NCBI GenBank assembly: GCA_964016885.1
Contig: OZ024744.1
Location: 135,966,001-136,030,000 of the forward strand
Reading direction: 5' to 3'
DNA from: Eledone cirrhosa
Taxonomy: Eukaryota
DNA: 64,000 nt
Positions within the stretch are counted from its first letter, which is position 1, and each line of letters begins with the position of its first letter. Under the pieces are notes generated by a model that saw nothing but the letters and a program-made list of their open reading frames with translations, was not told the DNA's origin and did not search any database. The translations under genes and the position numbers were made by a program. Positions 61,201 to 64,000 of the stretch are shown one piece after another.

Positions 61201-63590
61201 CCAACCATGAGCATTTCTGGACAACTTAAAAAGTCCCTATCCTTAATTCTAACTAAGAACCTTTCTAGGTACGATCTAGATTGACCGCTATGGTTTGTCC
61301 AAGTCCAGGTTGGCACAGTCGGAAAATCTAGTCGATATCTATTGGCCAGGCCAAATCGGCCGATTAACCCCTTGAGGTTGTTACACCCCCTCTATCGGGA
61401 CATGCCCCTACATAGTCCCAACGTGCATCTAGGATACCATTCCAGTCCCCCACTAAAAGCAAGGAGCGGGACGTCCCTAGAAAAGTCTCCAGACGATGGA
61501 AGAAGTCCGGCCGCATTTCCCCAAAAGGGGCGTAAACAGCGACCAGCCTAAAAGTTTCGCCTTCACCATTGCCAAGGTCCAGAACCACGAGTCGACCCTC
61601 CGGGTCCAAGTGTACCGTCTGTGTAGCGAGACCCAGATGTTTTTGCAGCAGGACGACAACCCCACCCCCACTTCCGGGCTGACAGAGAGATACGTACATC
61701 TCAAAGTCATCAAAGGTGGGGTCTAGCTGTCGCACGCTGCTGATCCGGGCCTCGCAAATAACCATCACATTTATACATCGTGACCTGAGGTCATTTAGAA
61801 GTTTAGCTTGCTTCCAAGGTGAGCCCAGGCCACGCGCATTTAGACAACCTACTCTTAACACAGCTATGTTGGTGGTAAAGAGAGAGGCACTTACCTCTCT
61901 GCGTCCCGGGGTCCGGGCTGTTCAGTTTCCCTGTGGGGTGGAGGGGTTGTGGGTGGGGCGGTGGTGTGTGGTGGTGTGAGGGTATTAGTGTGTGGAGGGG
62001 TTGGGGTGTTTGGAATTGTGTGGGTGTTTGAGGAGGGGCGGGGAAAACCTTTCAGGAGGACGCGGTTGTGCGGCCTGGTGCAGGGTGGTTCCACGTCCTC
62101 AGGGAGTTTTTCAATGTTTTTCAATGCTTTTCAATGTTTTAAAAATGTCAAGTAGGACCTTCACCATTTTCAGGTTAGGGAGACCCATTGCCATTGTAAA
62201 ATTCGGCCCTTCGGTTTGTACCGAAGGGTTATTGTTTATTTTGTCTAAGTTTTTATTGTTTTTGTTTATGTATGTGTAGAGTTTTTGTGTTGTGATTGTT
62301 TTTGTTTGTTGTTCTTGAGTATGCTTGTGTTTTGTTGTATGTGTTGTGTTGTCAGGTGGGGTTATTTTTGTTTGTGTGGTGTATGTACGTTTTTTTCTTT
62401 TGACTTTTTGGAAGGGAGCCCCCTCGTCTTCCGAGGATATGAGCTCCTCTTCTGTATTGGAGGGGAGGGGTATATTGCCAGGTTGTGTTTGCACTGCGTG
62501 TGTTTTTGTATTTGTGTTCTGAGGGGAGAGGCTGGGTGGGACCGTGTTTTGGGTTGTTTTCTTGAGCTGTTGTTGATGTTGTTGTTGTGGTTGTGGTGGT
62601 GTTGGTGGTGTTATTGTTTGTGGTGTTTGTAATAATTATTTCTACTTTAGGCACAAGGCCAGCAATTACCCAGTGTATTACTGGTACTTTATTTTATCGA
62701 CCCCGTAAGGATGAAAGGCAAAGTCAACCTCGGCGGGATTTGAACTCAGATCGTAAAGGGACGTAACTATGCTGGAAAGCATGGCGTCCGACCCTCTACC
62801 GATACTGCCAATCCACGTTTGTAATAATGGTTTCTTTTTTATCAGTTGAGGGCATGCAGCCCTCAAGTGACCTCTGCTTGCGCAGTGGTAACACGCGGGT
62901 CGCCTACTCTCAACTGAAATATTTATATAGGTCTCTCCATCTAAATGAATTCTCTGCGGGATCTTCGCTATCCTTTCTGGACCAGAAGTTCCACGTTGGT
63001 CCTACTAAATACCTCTCTGGGGGACTTTCCACCTGAGATTATAATGTCTTGGTCAAGGTCTAAAACGCCACAAAGTAGCCACCAAGTGTCTACTTTGGGT
63101 CTTATGCAGTTGAATTTTATTTTTTGAGACCTTCTTCCCATGTAAGATGGGGAAAAGGTGAAGTGGGTGGATACAATGGGCGCAATAGAATGTTTTTACG
63201 CCGTTTCTTGATCCTTCATAAGCACCGAGATGCTACCGAAGAGTTTTCCTTTTTGAATGAACAAAATACTTTCCATTTGATTCCTTAAAACCAGCTCTAT
63301 CTCACTCTGAGACGGTTGTACTGGTTTTTTTGTAGCATTCGAGATTATCCTGAACACCACCGTGCTCGTGGCAATTTCTCTTTTTATTTCTTCTGGGGAA
63401 TTAATGCTGAATGAACCATCGGGTTCGAAAGTCACATACCTTTTTGCTTCGTCCAACTTTTGCTTTGCGTTGGTTTTTTTTTACAGTTTCCGCAAGGGAA
63501 ATTTTGTTGTCGTTGTCTTTCTTGTTATTGTTGTTGTTGTCACTGTTCACTTTGGTGTTCGTATTGGTATCGATAATTTTTCCGTTGCTG
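58210..63590 (-). mobile_element. Near full-length, degenerate Tx1 LINE, 3' end abutting (GACA)n
   Basis: Fragmented ORF1 and ORF2 homologous to the 43545-49335 element; SINE inserted in ORF1. Confidence 0.92.
62637..62816 (-). mobile_element. Near full-length SINE with 12-bp TSD inside Tx1 ORF1
   Basis: TSD gtttgtaataat at 62625-62636 and 62817-62828. Confidence 0.9.
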
Positions 63591-63948
63591 GTGTTACACG
63601 TTCATACCTGTGTATGCGTAGATATATATAACAATGAATACATCCCCACTATCAGTACTATTTTGTTAAGCGCATCTAGTAAACAGTAGGAACTGTGTCT
63701 AAGGCGGATACGCACAGTATGTATCACTCCGCTAAAACATGCCAAGTAAATAAACACGTAGAATCATGCTAATGCCTTCAGTGAGTTGTTTATTATCCCA
63801 GCACGAACCACAAGAATACATAACATGGTGGCAGCGATAAATACTTAATCGAAAACCGTGCCTTTACAACAAAACAGGAACACAACAAACCTGAAATTTA
63901 ACAAACTGAATATCACTTCGTCTTCGTACACACACACGTGAATCCAAA

Positions 63949-64000
63949 ATGGCGGCCCCCGTCGCCGTACAGATGAATCTACATCCGACCATGAACTGGG
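63949..64000 (+). CDS. Possible start of an unidentified gene (MAAPVAVQMNLHPTMNW...)
   Basis: CCAAAATGGCGGC (YY1/Kozak-like) in CpG-containing unique DNA; open to the window edge. Confidence 0.3.
   Translation, partial: MAAPVAVQMNLHPTMNW

Overview
Eukaryotic, AT-rich, repeat-saturated genomic DNA, most likely from an octopod cephalopod (inferred from the SINE and RTE repertoire). The only confidently identified host gene is PIK3R4/VPS15 on the minus strand. Its first six coding exons (237 codons, MGNQL...DIFSSG) lie between 26156 and 11623, and the gene continues beyond the left edge. The rest is nested transposon material: Dong/R4-like and CRE-like RLE non-LTR elements, Tx1-clade LINEs (one full-length with a 1138-aa open ORF2), RTE and CR1 fragments, many tRNA-derived SINEs, mariner and piggyBac relics, MITEs, a non-coding LTR element and TE-derived minisatellites. 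The most notable signals are: (1) several type I hammerhead ribozyme motifs in (TA)n-embedded, often inverted repeats; (2) Tx1 LINEs consistently flanked by (GATA/GACA)n, with a sister family at (TAA)n; (3) a SINE whose 3' tail resembles the Tx1 3' end; (4) an intronless 83-aa, 40% Lys/Arg ORF behind a palindromic CRE motif. TE boundaries are approximate and were read by eye; no searches were run.
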